NCBI GenBank assembly: GCA_964603785.1 | Contig: CAZRWD010000001.1 | Location: 485,638-549,637, forward strand | Source of the DNA: an uncultured bacterium | GTDB lineage: Bacteria; Fermentibacterota; Fermentibacteria; Fermentibacterales; Fermentibacteraceae | Reading direction: 5' to 3' | Length of the DNA stretch: 64,000 bases | Shown: positions 19,247-28,506 of the stretch, piece by piece | Position numbering within the stretch: the first letter of the stretch is position 1 | Layout of the letters: every line of letters starts with the position of its first letter | Notes under the pieces: model-generated | What the model was told of the DNA's origin: nothing | Database searches by the model: none | What the model saw: only the letters and a program-made list of their open reading frames with translations | Position numbers and translations under genes: made by a program

Positions 19247-19893
19247 GCCCTACCCTCCGATCGTTCCATGACGATCTCCAGGCGTCTCTTGGAGGCCTTC
19301 TCCAGGAGATCCCCCTTCCTCAGCCCGTGGAACAGCTCCTCCGCGGCATCGCACGAGACCCGGCATTCCAGGGTGATCGAGCCGGGCCCGACGGTGCATC
19401 CCATCTCCCCGACCACCGAGCCATGGGTCCTGTCCAGGCCGTCGGCGACCCTGAGGATGCCCGCGAGCCAGTCGAGAACCTTCCGCGCAGCAGGATCGAG
19501 ATCGCGGTACACGGGGTCTTCGGGGGATGGAGGAGCCTTCCTGTGGTATCTCGCGAGAAGCGCGACCATCTCCCGGTCACGCTCCCCCAGACCGGTCCCG
19601 CCGGCCTCGAGGATCATCGCGGACGCCCTGGTGTGATGCCCCTTCCTGCCTCCGACGAGGCCGATGTCGTGGAGCATGGCGCCGCATTGGAGAAGCATCC
19701 TCTCCCTCGCCCCGAGCCCGTGTAGCCGGTTCAGGGCGTCGAACAGGCCCAGGGCGAGACGGCAGACCTGGCCGGTGTGCGCGTCGATGGCGCGGAGTGA
19801 ACCGGCGAGGTCCGCAACCCCCTGCGGGACTTCAGCCGCTCCCACCGGCGCCTCCGTCCGAAGCCTCTGCGGGGGCGAGCATCCCCGTGGCAT
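19243..19893 (-). CDS. Stand-alone HD-domain protein resembling the Ppx/GppA C-terminal HD domain (start uncertain)
   Basis: ...GQVCRLALGLFDAL....MLHDIG....LARYHRK....LAGILRVADGLDRTH. The ORF overlaps the CHAD gene 3' end by about 60 bp, so the true start is probably internal or non-ATG. Confidence 0.5.
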   Translation of the reverse strand: MPRGCSPPQRLRTEAPVGAAEVPQGVADLAGSLRAIDAHTGQVCRLALGLFDALNRLHGLGARERMLLQCGAMLHDIGLVGGRKGHHTRASAMILEAGGTGLGERDREMVALLARYHRKAPPSPEDPVYRDLDPAARKVLDWLAGILRVADGLDRTHGSVVGEMGCTVGPGSITLECRVSCDAAEELFHGLRKGDLLEKASKRRLEIVMERSEGRA

Positions 19894-20875
19894 GGTTCTC
19901 GATCGCGTCCAGGTCCTCCATCAGAGGATCGAGGAACCGGGCGCCGCCGGCCCTCCTCCAGGCCTTCGCGAGCCTCTTGAATGTCCTGACCCTCTCGATC
20001 CGCACGACCTCCCTGAGGTACTCGACCCCCGGCCTGATCGCCCTGAACGGCGCATCGGAGCCGAAGAACGCGGCCGAGAGCTTCTCCTCCCGCTTCTCGA
20101 AGGAGTCCAGGCGCGACATCCAGACGTCGCAGTCGTGAATGGTCCCGAGCATGGTCTGGACTGTTCTCAGGAAGGCGATCCTCTCGTCCAGCGGGAGGTC
20201 GGGTCGGCCGGCGAAGGACTCGAGGGAGTACCGCGCCTTCTTCACGAGGATCCTCGACCTGTGGTGAGCCTTCTCGTCCGACTCGTCGGCGAGGGCGGAA
20301 TCGAGGCCCGCGAGCGGGGCGGCTGCGGCCCTCATCGCGCGGGAGGCCAGGATCATGACGGCAGGAAGGGGATCCGCGGAGGGGTCGGCGGAGGCCGCCA
20401 GCCGCCGGGCCATCTTCCCGAGACCCGCCAGCGATTCGGACATCGCGAACATGGTGAGCGCCTTCCCGACCCGCCTGCGGCTCCTTTCCCGCTTCATGGA
20501 GATGCGCAGCGCTATCCTCCCGAGACCGGACAGGTGGGCCCTGGAGAGCCCCGCCCTGTCGAGGCGCTCGAGGTACTGCAGGGCGACATCGAGATCCCGC
20601 GCCCTGCCCAGTGAGCCCAGGAGCGTCTTCAACGCACTCCTCGCGTTGCTGACCGTCCGCGTCGGGAGTACGGGGGAGTATGCCGCGAGCAGGGCGTCGA
20701 GCCTCCGGGAGGCGACGCGCACCCTGTGCACGGCCTCCATGTCGGAGGGGTCGGCGAGGCCTTCGAGGTGCTCCGCGAGGATCGAGACCGATTGGAGGAC
20801 AGCGTCCGCCGCAGGTCCGACGGCCGCCGACAGGACCCTGCCGGACACCCTGGCCTTCTGCTCGGTCATCCACAC
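19832..20875 (-). CDS. CHAD domain protein (polyphosphate-granule-associated family)
   Basis: [26 protein letters not shown] and a repeated His/Arg-rich helical pattern ([22 protein letters not shown]) typical of CHAD. Confidence 0.7.
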   Translation of the reverse strand: MWMTEQKARVSGRVLSAAVGPAADAVLQSVSILAEHLEGLADPSDMEAVHRVRVASRRLDALLAAYSPVLPTRTVSNARSALKTLLGSLGRARDLDVALQYLERLDRAGLSRAHLSGLGRIALRISMKRERSRRRVGKALTMFAMSESLAGLGKMARRLAASADPSADPLPAVMILASRAMRAAAAPLAGLDSALADESDEKAHHRSRILVKKARYSLESFAGRPDLPLDERIAFLRTVQTMLGTIHDCDVWMSRLDSFEKREEKLSAAFFGSDAPFRAIRPGVEYLREVVRIERVRTFKRLAKAWRRAGGARFLDPLMEDLDAIENHATGMLAPAEASDGGAGGSG

Positions 20876-20986
20876 CTCCCTCCGGGGCTATTCTTGATGG
20901 TTTCTGAACATTATGCTTTCATTAAGACCCAGGAAGAGGATACTGGCCCGCGAAGGAGGCCGCAACACCCCGGAGGGCGGATCAGG

Positions 20987-22138
20987 ATGCCCGGACCGTC
21001 GTCAGTCAGATGCATCGGAATCCTCACCGCCGGAGGAGACTGTCCCGGCCTGAATCCCGCCATCCGGGCCGTGGCGCGAACCGCGAGGTCGGAGTACGGG
21101 ATGAGGGTGGTCGGGATCCTGGACGGATTCAGGGGGCTCGTCGAGAACCGCACGGTGCAGCTCGAGGACGACATGGTCAGCGGCATCCTCACGCGGGGCG
21201 GGACGATACTCGGCACCAGCAGGGATCGACCGCACAGGATGCTAATGGGCGGCAAGACGATGGACATGACCGGAGTGGCCGTCGAGAACGCCCGCAGGCT
21301 GCAGATGGACTGCATCCTCTGCCTGGGGGGCGGGGGCACGCAGAAGAACGCCTTCCGGCTCCAGCGCGAGGGCGGGATCCCCGTGATGACCCTTCCCAAG
21401 ACAATAGACAACGATGTCGTCGAGACCGACATATCCTTCGGGCACGACACGGCCGTGGGAGTCGCCACGGAGGCCATCGACAGGCTCCACACGACCGCCA
21501 CGAGCCATCACCGCATCATCGTCTGCGAGACGATGGGCAACAAGACGGGATGGCTCGCGCTTCGCGCCGGCCTCGCCGGCGGGGCCGACGTGATCCTGAT
21601 CCCGGAGGTCCCCTACGACCTCGATTCGGTCGCACAGGCCATCATGGAGAGACAGCGGGGCGGGAAGCGCTTCTCGATAATCGCGGTGGCGGAGGGCGCC
21701 AGACCCGCCTCGCAGCCCTCCCCAGTCGAGGCCCAGCCGGCGGGGAACGGCATCGAAGACTCCCCCGAGACCGCTCCTGTGGTCAGCAGGCGCATCGGGA
21801 GCGGCGTGGTCGAGTATCACGAGGTGCAGGAGCCCGTTGCGAGCAGGGTTGCGAGGGAGCTCCAGGAGCTGACGGGCATCGACGCCCGTGTCACGACTCT
21901 CGGCCACGTTCAGAGGGGCGGGATTCCCAGCGCCTTCGACAGGGTGCTCTGCACCCAGCTCGGCACCGCTGCTGTGCGGCTGCTCTCGGACGGGACCAGC
22001 GGAGTCATGGTTGCGTACAGAGGCGGCGAATGCGTTCCCGTCCCCCTGGAGAAGGTGGCCGGCCCCACGAACACCGTGCCCCGCGACCATCCCCTCATCG
22101 AGAGCGCGAGGCTCCTGGGCACCTGCTTCGGCGACTGA
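20987..22138 (+). CDS. 6-phosphofructokinase (ATP- or PPi-dependent not resolved)
   Basis: [41 protein letters not shown] and [12 protein letters not shown] motifs. Start at ATG 20987 after a GGAGGG SD; the track ORF has an 87-codon implausible upstream extension. Confidence 0.9.
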   Translation: MPGPSSVRCIGILTAGGDCPGLNPAIRAVARTARSEYGMRVVGILDGFRGLVENRTVQLEDDMVSGILTRGGTILGTSRDRPHRMLMGGKTMDMTGVAVENARRLQMDCILCLGGGGTQKNAFRLQREGGIPVMTLPKTIDNDVVETDISFGHDTAVGVATEAIDRLHTTATSHHRIIVCETMGNKTGWLALRAGLAGGADVILIPEVPYDLDSVAQAIMERQRGGKRFSIIAVAEGARPASQPSPVEAQPAGNGIEDSPETAPVVSRRIGSGVVEYHEVQEPVASRVARELQELTGIDARVTTLGHVQRGGIPSAFDRVLCTQLGTAAVRLLSDGTSGVMVAYRGGECVPVPLEKVAGPTNTVPRDHPLIESARLLGTCFGD

Positions 22139-22183
22139 CCGGGATCGGCGGCCTGAGAGGCTTGTCCTGCCGGCCCCCGGGGG

Positions 22184-23164
22184 TCACCAGCTCTCGAACG
22201 AGTCGATCTTGTCCAGGTAGACCCCGTCGAATCCCGCCGCCAGGATCCTGTCCAGATACGAGTCGGGCGAGCCGAAGATGATCCCCTGCCAGTCCGGATC
22301 CCAGTACTCCACCAGATAGTTGCCGGGCCAGTCGGGGTTCTCCGGGCCGAGCCATGAAGGGGGGCTCGAGGCCCAGCCGGGCTGCCAGTACCAGCGGTAG
22401 TCCTCGGCCTCCCCGATGCTCATGTAGCAAAGGACGAGCCTCTCCGCCCCCCCGGGTTTGGTCCGGAGCTGGGTGACCTGCGATGGCGTCAGCTGATCCC
22501 CACAGCAGAAGAGGTCCACCACGAACATGTCGTAGCCCGTGGCGGAAACCTCGTCGACGAAGTCGGCCGAGGTCCCGAAGGCCTGGTCGTTGATGATGTA
22601 CAGGAAGTTGTCGGCCGAGGACAGGCCGGGCACCGGGTCCGGGTCGGACTGCCAGGGCACGGCGGGGTACGGAGGGATGTCGTCGAGATCCCTGTGGTCG
22701 GCCGCGAACGACACGTATCCCCTCCCGTCGTTCCAGGCGTAGGAGCTGTCGATCTTCCACTCCGTCCAGCAGTAGTCCGTGACCATGACCTCGACCCCAT
22801 GCGATTCCGCCAGGTCGAGGAACGGCAGCATCCAGTCCACCTCGGACTGCGGGGTGGCGGCGTCGTCCGCGGTGTAGCCGAAGAAGAGGTCCTCCCTGCC
22901 CTGCCCGTCTATCGCCGCGACATAGGCCTGGGCCACAGCGCCGTCGGGCTCCAGGTCGAGGGTCAGCAGTTCCTGGCCGTTCTGTGGCACCACCAGGAAC
23001 CCGGGGACCTGCGCTTTCGCGTAGGCCGAGATATCCTGGACGAAGTCCCTCATGTACTGCGGGTAGGGCCCGGGATCGTCGTCCGGGCCGGTGCCTCCGC
23101 CTCCGCAGGCCAGCGCGAGGACGGCCGCCGCTGGAACCCACCTCTTCAGACCGGCCATCGGCAT
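22184..23164 (-). CDS. Glycoside hydrolase family 114-like lipoprotein (endo-alpha-1,4-polygalactosaminidase / PelA-hydrolase-like)
   Basis: Lipoprotein signal MPMAGLKRWVPAAAVLALACGG, then ...LVLCYMSIGEAEDYRWYWQ...GFDGVYLDKIDSFE, a TIM-barrel GH114 signature. Confidence 0.7.
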   Translation of the reverse strand: MPMAGLKRWVPAAAVLALACGGGGTGPDDDPGPYPQYMRDFVQDISAYAKAQVPGFLVVPQNGQELLTLDLEPDGAVAQAYVAAIDGQGREDLFFGYTADDAATPQSEVDWMLPFLDLAESHGVEVMVTDYCWTEWKIDSSYAWNDGRGYVSFAADHRDLDDIPPYPAVPWQSDPDPVPGLSSADNFLYIINDQAFGTSADFVDEVSATGYDMFVVDLFCCGDQLTPSQVTQLRTKPGGAERLVLCYMSIGEAEDYRWYWQPGWASSPPSWLGPENPDWPGNYLVEYWDPDWQGIIFGSPDSYLDRILAAGFDGVYLDKIDSFESW

Positions 23165-23286
23165 CCTCCATCCGGAACGGGGTGGCTGCGTCCGCCGGCC
23201 GGATCGTCGGGCGGGACTCCAGGCGCTTCTATCCGGCGGGCACCGGGAGCATGGGATCACCCGCGCGCTTCGTCCAGCAGCCCGGA

Positions 23287-25029
23287 TCAGCCGGCCCCCC
23301 GGACCTCCTCCTTCATCTCGAGCCTCCGGGCGATCTCCTCAGTCCAGAGCCTCGAGGAGGTCAGGAGGACGGTGGAGGACCTCCCGGGCGCGTCGACGAG
23401 CAGGATGCCGTGGAAATCACCGCTGCGATGGATCAGCCAGGCGGTGCTCGACTCGAGGTCGAAGAACAGGGTGTCCCCGATCACCCGTGCGGGTGGTATG
23501 GCGACGAGGCTGCATGGATCGAAGGGGTCGGAGAGGAGTACCCTCGCATCGGCATCCGCCCCGGCCAGCACGAGCGTGGAACGGCGCCCCAGAGCCCGGT
23601 CGACGGCCGTCCCGCTGCAGGGATCCAGCGCTAGCAGAGTGTCCGGAACCGTCTCGTACAGCAGCCCGGCCTCTATCTCCGACCGGATAGTCCTCCACCC
23701 TCCCCCGTCCGCCCTGGCCAGGGTGAACCGGTAGCAGTCCCCCGTAGAGACAACCGGCCATGCGGTCTCCCAGAAGGACCCGGCATCGTGCAGCCGTGAG
23801 CCGTCGCCGGAGCCCGCCGTCTCCAGCGCGGAGTCGAAGGCCCCGGGCCAGAGGGTCCCGTAGCCCGAGATCCCGTACTCAATGCCCTCCAGAAAGATCT
23901 GCTCGCCAGGGGCTCGGGCTGCAAGATCCCGCAGGGATCGTATCGTCGCGGACGTGTATGCTCCTGCCTGCGAGAGCCTCGAGACCTCGTCACGCGCGGA
24001 GAGCGCGCATCCGATGACGATGACCGCCGGCAGGACATGGGAGCGTATGCGGCGGGACCCCCTGGCCAGCAGGGCGATGACGACCGCAGCGAAGGGCAGG
24101 GCCGCATACGCGAAGTCGGACCTCGGAGGGAGGTTCGTGACGGTCGCCAGAGGAAGGACGAGGAGTCCGGCGATCCAGGCCCTCCTCCACCACGAGCCCC
24201 TGAGGAACACCAGCAGCGCTGCAGAGCCGAGGAGCACCACCCTGGCCGGGATCGAGTCGAGCCATGGCGAGAAGGGCATGACGGAGAGCGCCGCGAGGTT
24301 CCTCAGCATGAAGGGTCCGATGGTCGAGCTCTCGCCGTAGCTGAGGACCGGCCCGATCCAGGCCAGCCTCCAGAGGGAATACAGAAGCGTGGGTATCAGG
24401 AAGGCGCAGGTGCTCGCCGCGAATCTGCGGACCGGGCGGGCATCCCCCTCCGCAGACGCCGCCTGGAGGCCGAACAATGGTGCGGCGAGGAGCATCGTCT
24501 CCTTGAAGAGCAGGGATGCCAGGAAGGCCGTGCAGGCCCCTGCGAGAATCCATGTGCGCCTACGCCCGAGCCAGGCCCCGTGGAGGATCAGGGCCAGAAG
24601 CATCGGGGCGGTCGCGAGCATGGTGGTCCTGCCCGAGATCCTGCCCGCCGAGGGAACGACGGCCCAGGAGACGGCGAAGAGCAGCGTTCCCCAGAACACC
24701 GCGCCGTCCGGCATGCCGAGCCGCCTCAGCAGGATCGACACGAGGAGGATGTTGAGGAGGTGTATCGCCAGGTTTGTCAGATGCCACCCGGCGGGACGCG
24801 TCAGCCCCCAGACCGCGGAGTCGAATGCCCATGCCGCGACCGTCAGGGGTCGGAAGCCGCCGGCCTCGAACCCGGTGAAGGTCGAAGGCGAGAACTCGTG
24901 GTCGAGGTCGAGGAAGTCGTCGGCGAGGAAGCCGGAACCGACGCTCGGGAGCATGACGAGCACCATGGCAGAGATGATGCCTACTGCTGATGCGACCTTC
25001 ACCGTCATGCTCGCATGCACCTCCAGCAT
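23287..25029 (-). CDS. Polytopic membrane protein, GT-C-fold glycosyltransferase-like (ArnT/PMT-like) with C-terminal periplasmic domain
   Basis: About 11 predicted TM helices. The first loop, FLADDFLDLDHEF, resembles the GT39/GT83 acidic loop. Start taken at MLEVHASMTVKV; the track ORF has a Cys/Arg-rich 123-codon upstream extension. Confidence 0.55.
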   Translation of the reverse strand: MLEVHASMTVKVASAVGIISAMVLVMLPSVGSGFLADDFLDLDHEFSPSTFTGFEAGGFRPLTVAAWAFDSAVWGLTRPAGWHLTNLAIHLLNILLVSILLRRLGMPDGAVFWGTLLFAVSWAVVPSAGRISGRTTMLATAPMLLALILHGAWLGRRRTWILAGACTAFLASLLFKETMLLAAPLFGLQAASAEGDARPVRRFAASTCAFLIPTLLYSLWRLAWIGPVLSYGESSTIGPFMLRNLAALSVMPFSPWLDSIPARVVLLGSAALLVFLRGSWWRRAWIAGLLVLPLATVTNLPPRSDFAYAALPFAAVVIALLARGSRRIRSHVLPAVIVIGCALSARDEVSRLSQAGAYTSATIRSLRDLAARAPGEQIFLEGIEYGISGYGTLWPGAFDSALETAGSGDGSRLHDAGSFWETAWPVVSTGDCYRFTLARADGGGWRTIRSEIEAGLLYETVPDTLLALDPCSGTAVDRALGRRSTLVLAGADADARVLLSDPFDPCSLVAIPPARVIGDTLFFDLESSTAWLIHRSGDFHGILLVDAPGRSSTVLLTSSRLWTEEIARRLEMKEEVRGAG

Positions 25030-25082
25030 CGGCCGCAGCAAGGATTGTCGATACCTGCAGGATGCTCTTCCGCAGGATGGGT

Positions 25083-26561
25083 TTACTCTAAGTATCCTAT
25101 CAGTGAACCACGCAATCCGATGAATAAGTCGGGGCTCCCACTGCTCAGCACATTGACATGCAGCGTCTCTGAAGAGGTGAGTGATTCCATGGTACCGAAC
25201 CAACCGTTGCCCGAGAACCAGACATGTACATCCCTTTGTCTTCCGAGCTGGTCGGTGGCATATGCAGATGCGACCCTGTATACAGGTTGAGCAGCGATGA
25301 ATGGATCGCCACCCGACCCGATCTGGAACAGGTTCGTCGAACCGGTCATCTCGAGAGGCAGGAGAGGAGTGGTCACCGGTCTGTCGATGTCGCACCATTC
25401 GACACAGAAAGCCTCGGATGTGCCTAGGTCTTCACACTTCCGGGCTATCCAGCCATTGTTCCCCTCTGGAATCAGGTCGAACACCTGACTAGACCTGTTC
25501 CTCGGATCGGATACAGGAGAACCGAGAGCCCCGAGCTCCGACACGGCAACCCTCGCTGGATTCTGCCGCGAGACGGCCGAGCAGAATTCGATATCCGACA
25601 CGAATTCGACGTAGAACTCCTGCTCCAACAGGTCCGGATCCTGAAATGGCACCCTATCGGAAAGGACTGAAGCCTGGAGAGACATCGTTCCCTGATCCCA
25701 GGAAAGTCCCTGCAGGATGCTCGGTCGAGCAGACAGAGCGGCAGGAGGAGCATACTCGACCGCTATCCATGCCGTTCGCCACTTGCCTGCCTGAGTCACG
25801 GAATACCTTCCTGCCGCAGGATCACTCACGCACTCGGCAAGATACCCACGTCCACCAAGCAGAACATCAAGGTGGCCATCCTGGTTCACATCCCAGACTG
25901 ATGCTCTCATTGCCATCCGGGGTGGGATCTCATCGAGAACCACGTGAGTCGTGTCATCCGCGATCAGGCTCCATGCTCCGAAGGAGCCGGAGGTTCCGGT
26001 GATGATGATCGGCTTGTCGTCGGCCCGTATCACGAGGAGATCCGGGTATCTCGCCCCGTCCGGGTTTTCTTCGAAGCTGAAATCACCCCACTCCAGGTCG
26101 AGAACGTCCATGTGACCCTCGAGCAGGATGATAGGAGTCGTGCTGAGGCCGGTAGGGGAATTCAAGAAGCAGATCACAGGTCGATCCTCGTCGAGGAGAA
26201 CGCTCGAACCGACAACAAGATCCTGTTGACCATTCCCGTCGACATCCGCCCACTGGAGGCACTGGTAGCCGCCTGCAAGCTCGCAGTTCCACCCGTCCTT
26301 TACAAGAAAACCGAAGATGTTGCACGTCAGGACGAAGACACGACCTCCCGATGAAAGAGGATCTGCCGGATCATACGAGTAGGTGGCCACGGCAATCTCT
26401 ATCTTGTTGTCAGAGTCGTAATCGCAAGATGCGATATCTGTTACTATCCTCGCCGGAGAGCCTCCGACATTGTAGAGCCAGCCGGGAGCTGCTGCGCTGC
26501 TCGCAGCAGAAAGAAGTATGAGTGCGAGGACTGCTGTATTCATGCTTGTCATCATGCTCAC
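25083..26561 (-). CDS. Secreted FG-GAP/VCBS-repeat protein
   Basis: Signal peptide MSMMTSMNTAVLALILLSAASSAAAP. Repeated DxDGNGxxDLVVG and DVNQDGHLDVLLGG calcium-binding-like FG-GAP motifs. In a lower-GC region. Confidence 0.7.
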   Translation of the reverse strand: MSMMTSMNTAVLALILLSAASSAAAPGWLYNVGGSPARIVTDIASCDYDSDNKIEIAVATYSYDPADPLSSGGRVFVLTCNIFGFLVKDGWNCELAGGYQCLQWADVDGNGQQDLVVGSSVLLDEDRPVICFLNSPTGLSTTPIILLEGHMDVLDLEWGDFSFEENPDGARYPDLLVIRADDKPIIITGTSGSFGAWSLIADDTTHVVLDEIPPRMAMRASVWDVNQDGHLDVLLGGRGYLAECVSDPAAGRYSVTQAGKWRTAWIAVEYAPPAALSARPSILQGLSWDQGTMSLQASVLSDRVPFQDPDLLEQEFYVEFVSDIEFCSAVSRQNPARVAVSELGALGSPVSDPRNRSSQVFDLIPEGNNGWIARKCEDLGTSEAFCVEWCDIDRPVTTPLLPLEMTGSTNLFQIGSGGDPFIAAQPVYRVASAYATDQLGRQRDVHVWFSGNGWFGTMESLTSSETLHVNVLSSGSPDLFIGLRGSLIGYLE

Positions 26562-28399
26562 CTCACCACAGCGATCTTGTCAACCGCGATCACATCACCC
26601 TGTAGATTCTGCACACCTACAAGATATACCGAGCATGGAAGATGACCCAGACTGAACTGCTGTATCCACGAACCACTCGATGAGTGCACACCACCCGAGA
26701 CCACTGGAACGATCCTCCCTGCAATGTCGAAGACATACACTCGAGTATGGAGAGAGCTGGTTACAGTGAGGGTGCAGTCCGCCTTGTCGAAATCGATAAC
26801 GGCATCCACATGACCGGCGGGGATCGTGCATGTGGTTATCGTCTCGGAGACAAGCCCATATCTTACCCAGCCGTTCACTGGTAATGTGTATCGATTCTCT
26901 CCTGGAGAGGTGGTCAGGATGGGAGTACCATCCATCTCGTAGAAGTCCAGGCCGGCAACTCCCGGCGGGAGTTCGACTGGAACCTGATACACCCTGTCTG
27001 GGGGGAAGTCTCCCGCAACTTCGGTTCTGTGCGTACGGAATGCATAAACTAAATCATCGGGCTCTGCCTGGGGTGGGCAGAATACCCATATCCTGGCTGA
27101 GATGCCTGGAGCGACGGACACCTCATGTGGTGCGCAGTATAACTGCATACCTGACAGCAGACATGCTTGATATCTGTATGCAACGTCACCCAGGTATGAC
27201 TCGCCTGTGAAGTGCTGTGGCGACCACTCATAGACTCCCCAACCCTCCACCCACCAGGCACTCTCGCCTCCGAATGGCAGCAGCGGGGCAAGGATCCCTG
27301 TGCTGGGCGACTCGGCCAGAAGCAGGTTGGAGGTGATGAAATAGTTCGCACGCCAATCGGTGAAGAAGGAATCCTCGGGGAGGCTTCCGGGAGTGAAGCA
27401 TCCTTCCCATGTCGCCTTGTGATAGGACGGGCAGTACTCGAGCATGTACTGGGGCATGGTGGCCCATGATGGATCACCGGTGAATAGTCCGTCGAGAAAG
27501 CTTCCTGCGAGAGATGTAGGTCGGTCACGGTACATGAGGTCAGTTGGATCGATCACGAGCGGGTCGAACCACCATTCAGGTGTTGTCTCAGATTGCACTG
27601 GCATTTCCATGTCGTCGTAAGGATGCCAGTGGAATGCATCCGGAGGAGTACTCCACCTGAATGGAACAGACCCATCTAAGCTTGACTCCCCCGAGAACAT
27701 ATGCTGGAGAGCATGATGAGCATGATCTTCCCAGTCCTCCTCGCCCCGCTGCGAGAAGGGAGATAGGAATCCTCCCGAGACGATGGTACAGGCTGGATCC
27801 ACCAGTCGTATCCTGTCAGCAGCCTGCTGTGCGACCCTGAAGTAGGCGTTGTATCCGACATACACAGATTCTGAAGGTTCGTTGTATTCCCTGAAGCACA
27901 TGATCCCGATTCCGTCTGGTTCGTTCCATAGACCCCAGGTAGTGACTCCCCTGCCGTCATCCGATAACAGTCCGTTCGGTCGGTAGCGATGGACGATCGC
28001 CTCGAAATAGTCCGCGTAGTAACCCTCTCTGCTCGGCACAGGCCTGTTGTTATGCACACCGTATGGATAATCTTCCTTATTCCCGGTGAACCAGCCCACA
28101 GCCCAGTCCGGTGTATAGCCCTCCTCGGCGATGATCTCGCCATCATCTGGTAGGACGGAGAGCAAGGTATCGAGCCTTCTGTCGCTGTAAGCCCAGAGAT
28201 ACATCCCTTCTACGAGCTCGTTGGGGCTGATGTCATTCTTCGCAAAAAGGACGGTGATTCCGGGGCGGGTTCCGGGGAAGCTGGTGAAGTATTCCAGTTC
28301 CTCCTGGTTCAATCCAGGTGTGTTGATACCGAATCGCAGACCAGCGAAGGTCTGGCCCGCGATTGCTGCGAGGAGAAGAAGGTCGATCCGTCTGATCAT
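26558..28399 (-). CDS. Secreted glycoside-hydrolase-like TIM-barrel protein with Por/T9SS-type C-terminal sorting domain
   Basis: Signal peptide MIRRIDLLLLAAIAGQTFA. GLWNEPD (NEP acid/base-like motif of clan GH-A). C-terminus ...TRVYVFDIAGRIVPVVSGG.....YLVGVQNLQGDVIAVDKIAVVR. ATGA overlap with the upstream FG-GAP gene. Confidence 0.65.
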   Translation of the reverse strand: MIRRIDLLLLAAIAGQTFAGLRFGINTPGLNQEELEYFTSFPGTRPGITVLFAKNDISPNELVEGMYLWAYSDRRLDTLLSVLPDDGEIIAEEGYTPDWAVGWFTGNKEDYPYGVHNNRPVPSREGYYADYFEAIVHRYRPNGLLSDDGRGVTTWGLWNEPDGIGIMCFREYNEPSESVYVGYNAYFRVAQQAADRIRLVDPACTIVSGGFLSPFSQRGEEDWEDHAHHALQHMFSGESSLDGSVPFRWSTPPDAFHWHPYDDMEMPVQSETTPEWWFDPLVIDPTDLMYRDRPTSLAGSFLDGLFTGDPSWATMPQYMLEYCPSYHKATWEGCFTPGSLPEDSFFTDWRANYFITSNLLLAESPSTGILAPLLPFGGESAWWVEGWGVYEWSPQHFTGESYLGDVAYRYQACLLSGMQLYCAPHEVSVAPGISARIWVFCPPQAEPDDLVYAFRTHRTEVAGDFPPDRVYQVPVELPPGVAGLDFYEMDGTPILTTSPGENRYTLPVNGWVRYGLVSETITTCTIPAGHVDAVIDFDKADCTLTVTSSLHTRVYVFDIAGRIVPVVSGGVHSSSGSWIQQFSLGHLPCSVYLVGVQNLQGDVIAVDKIAVVR

Positions 28400-28506
28400 T
28401 CTATCCTCCTACCACTTCAAAGAGTATTTGTGGAATAGACCATTCGTCAGAGTCGGGGTCAATTACTCTTGTCGTGTGCCTTCCCCCTCTGTTGGCAAAC
28501 ACTTGA

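Noticed and set aside
22138-22184. Bidirectional terminator between convergent pfk and GH114 genes
   Set aside because: There is a GC-rich partial palindrome (gccggcccccgggggtc) but no clear stem plus T-tract. Too weak to call.
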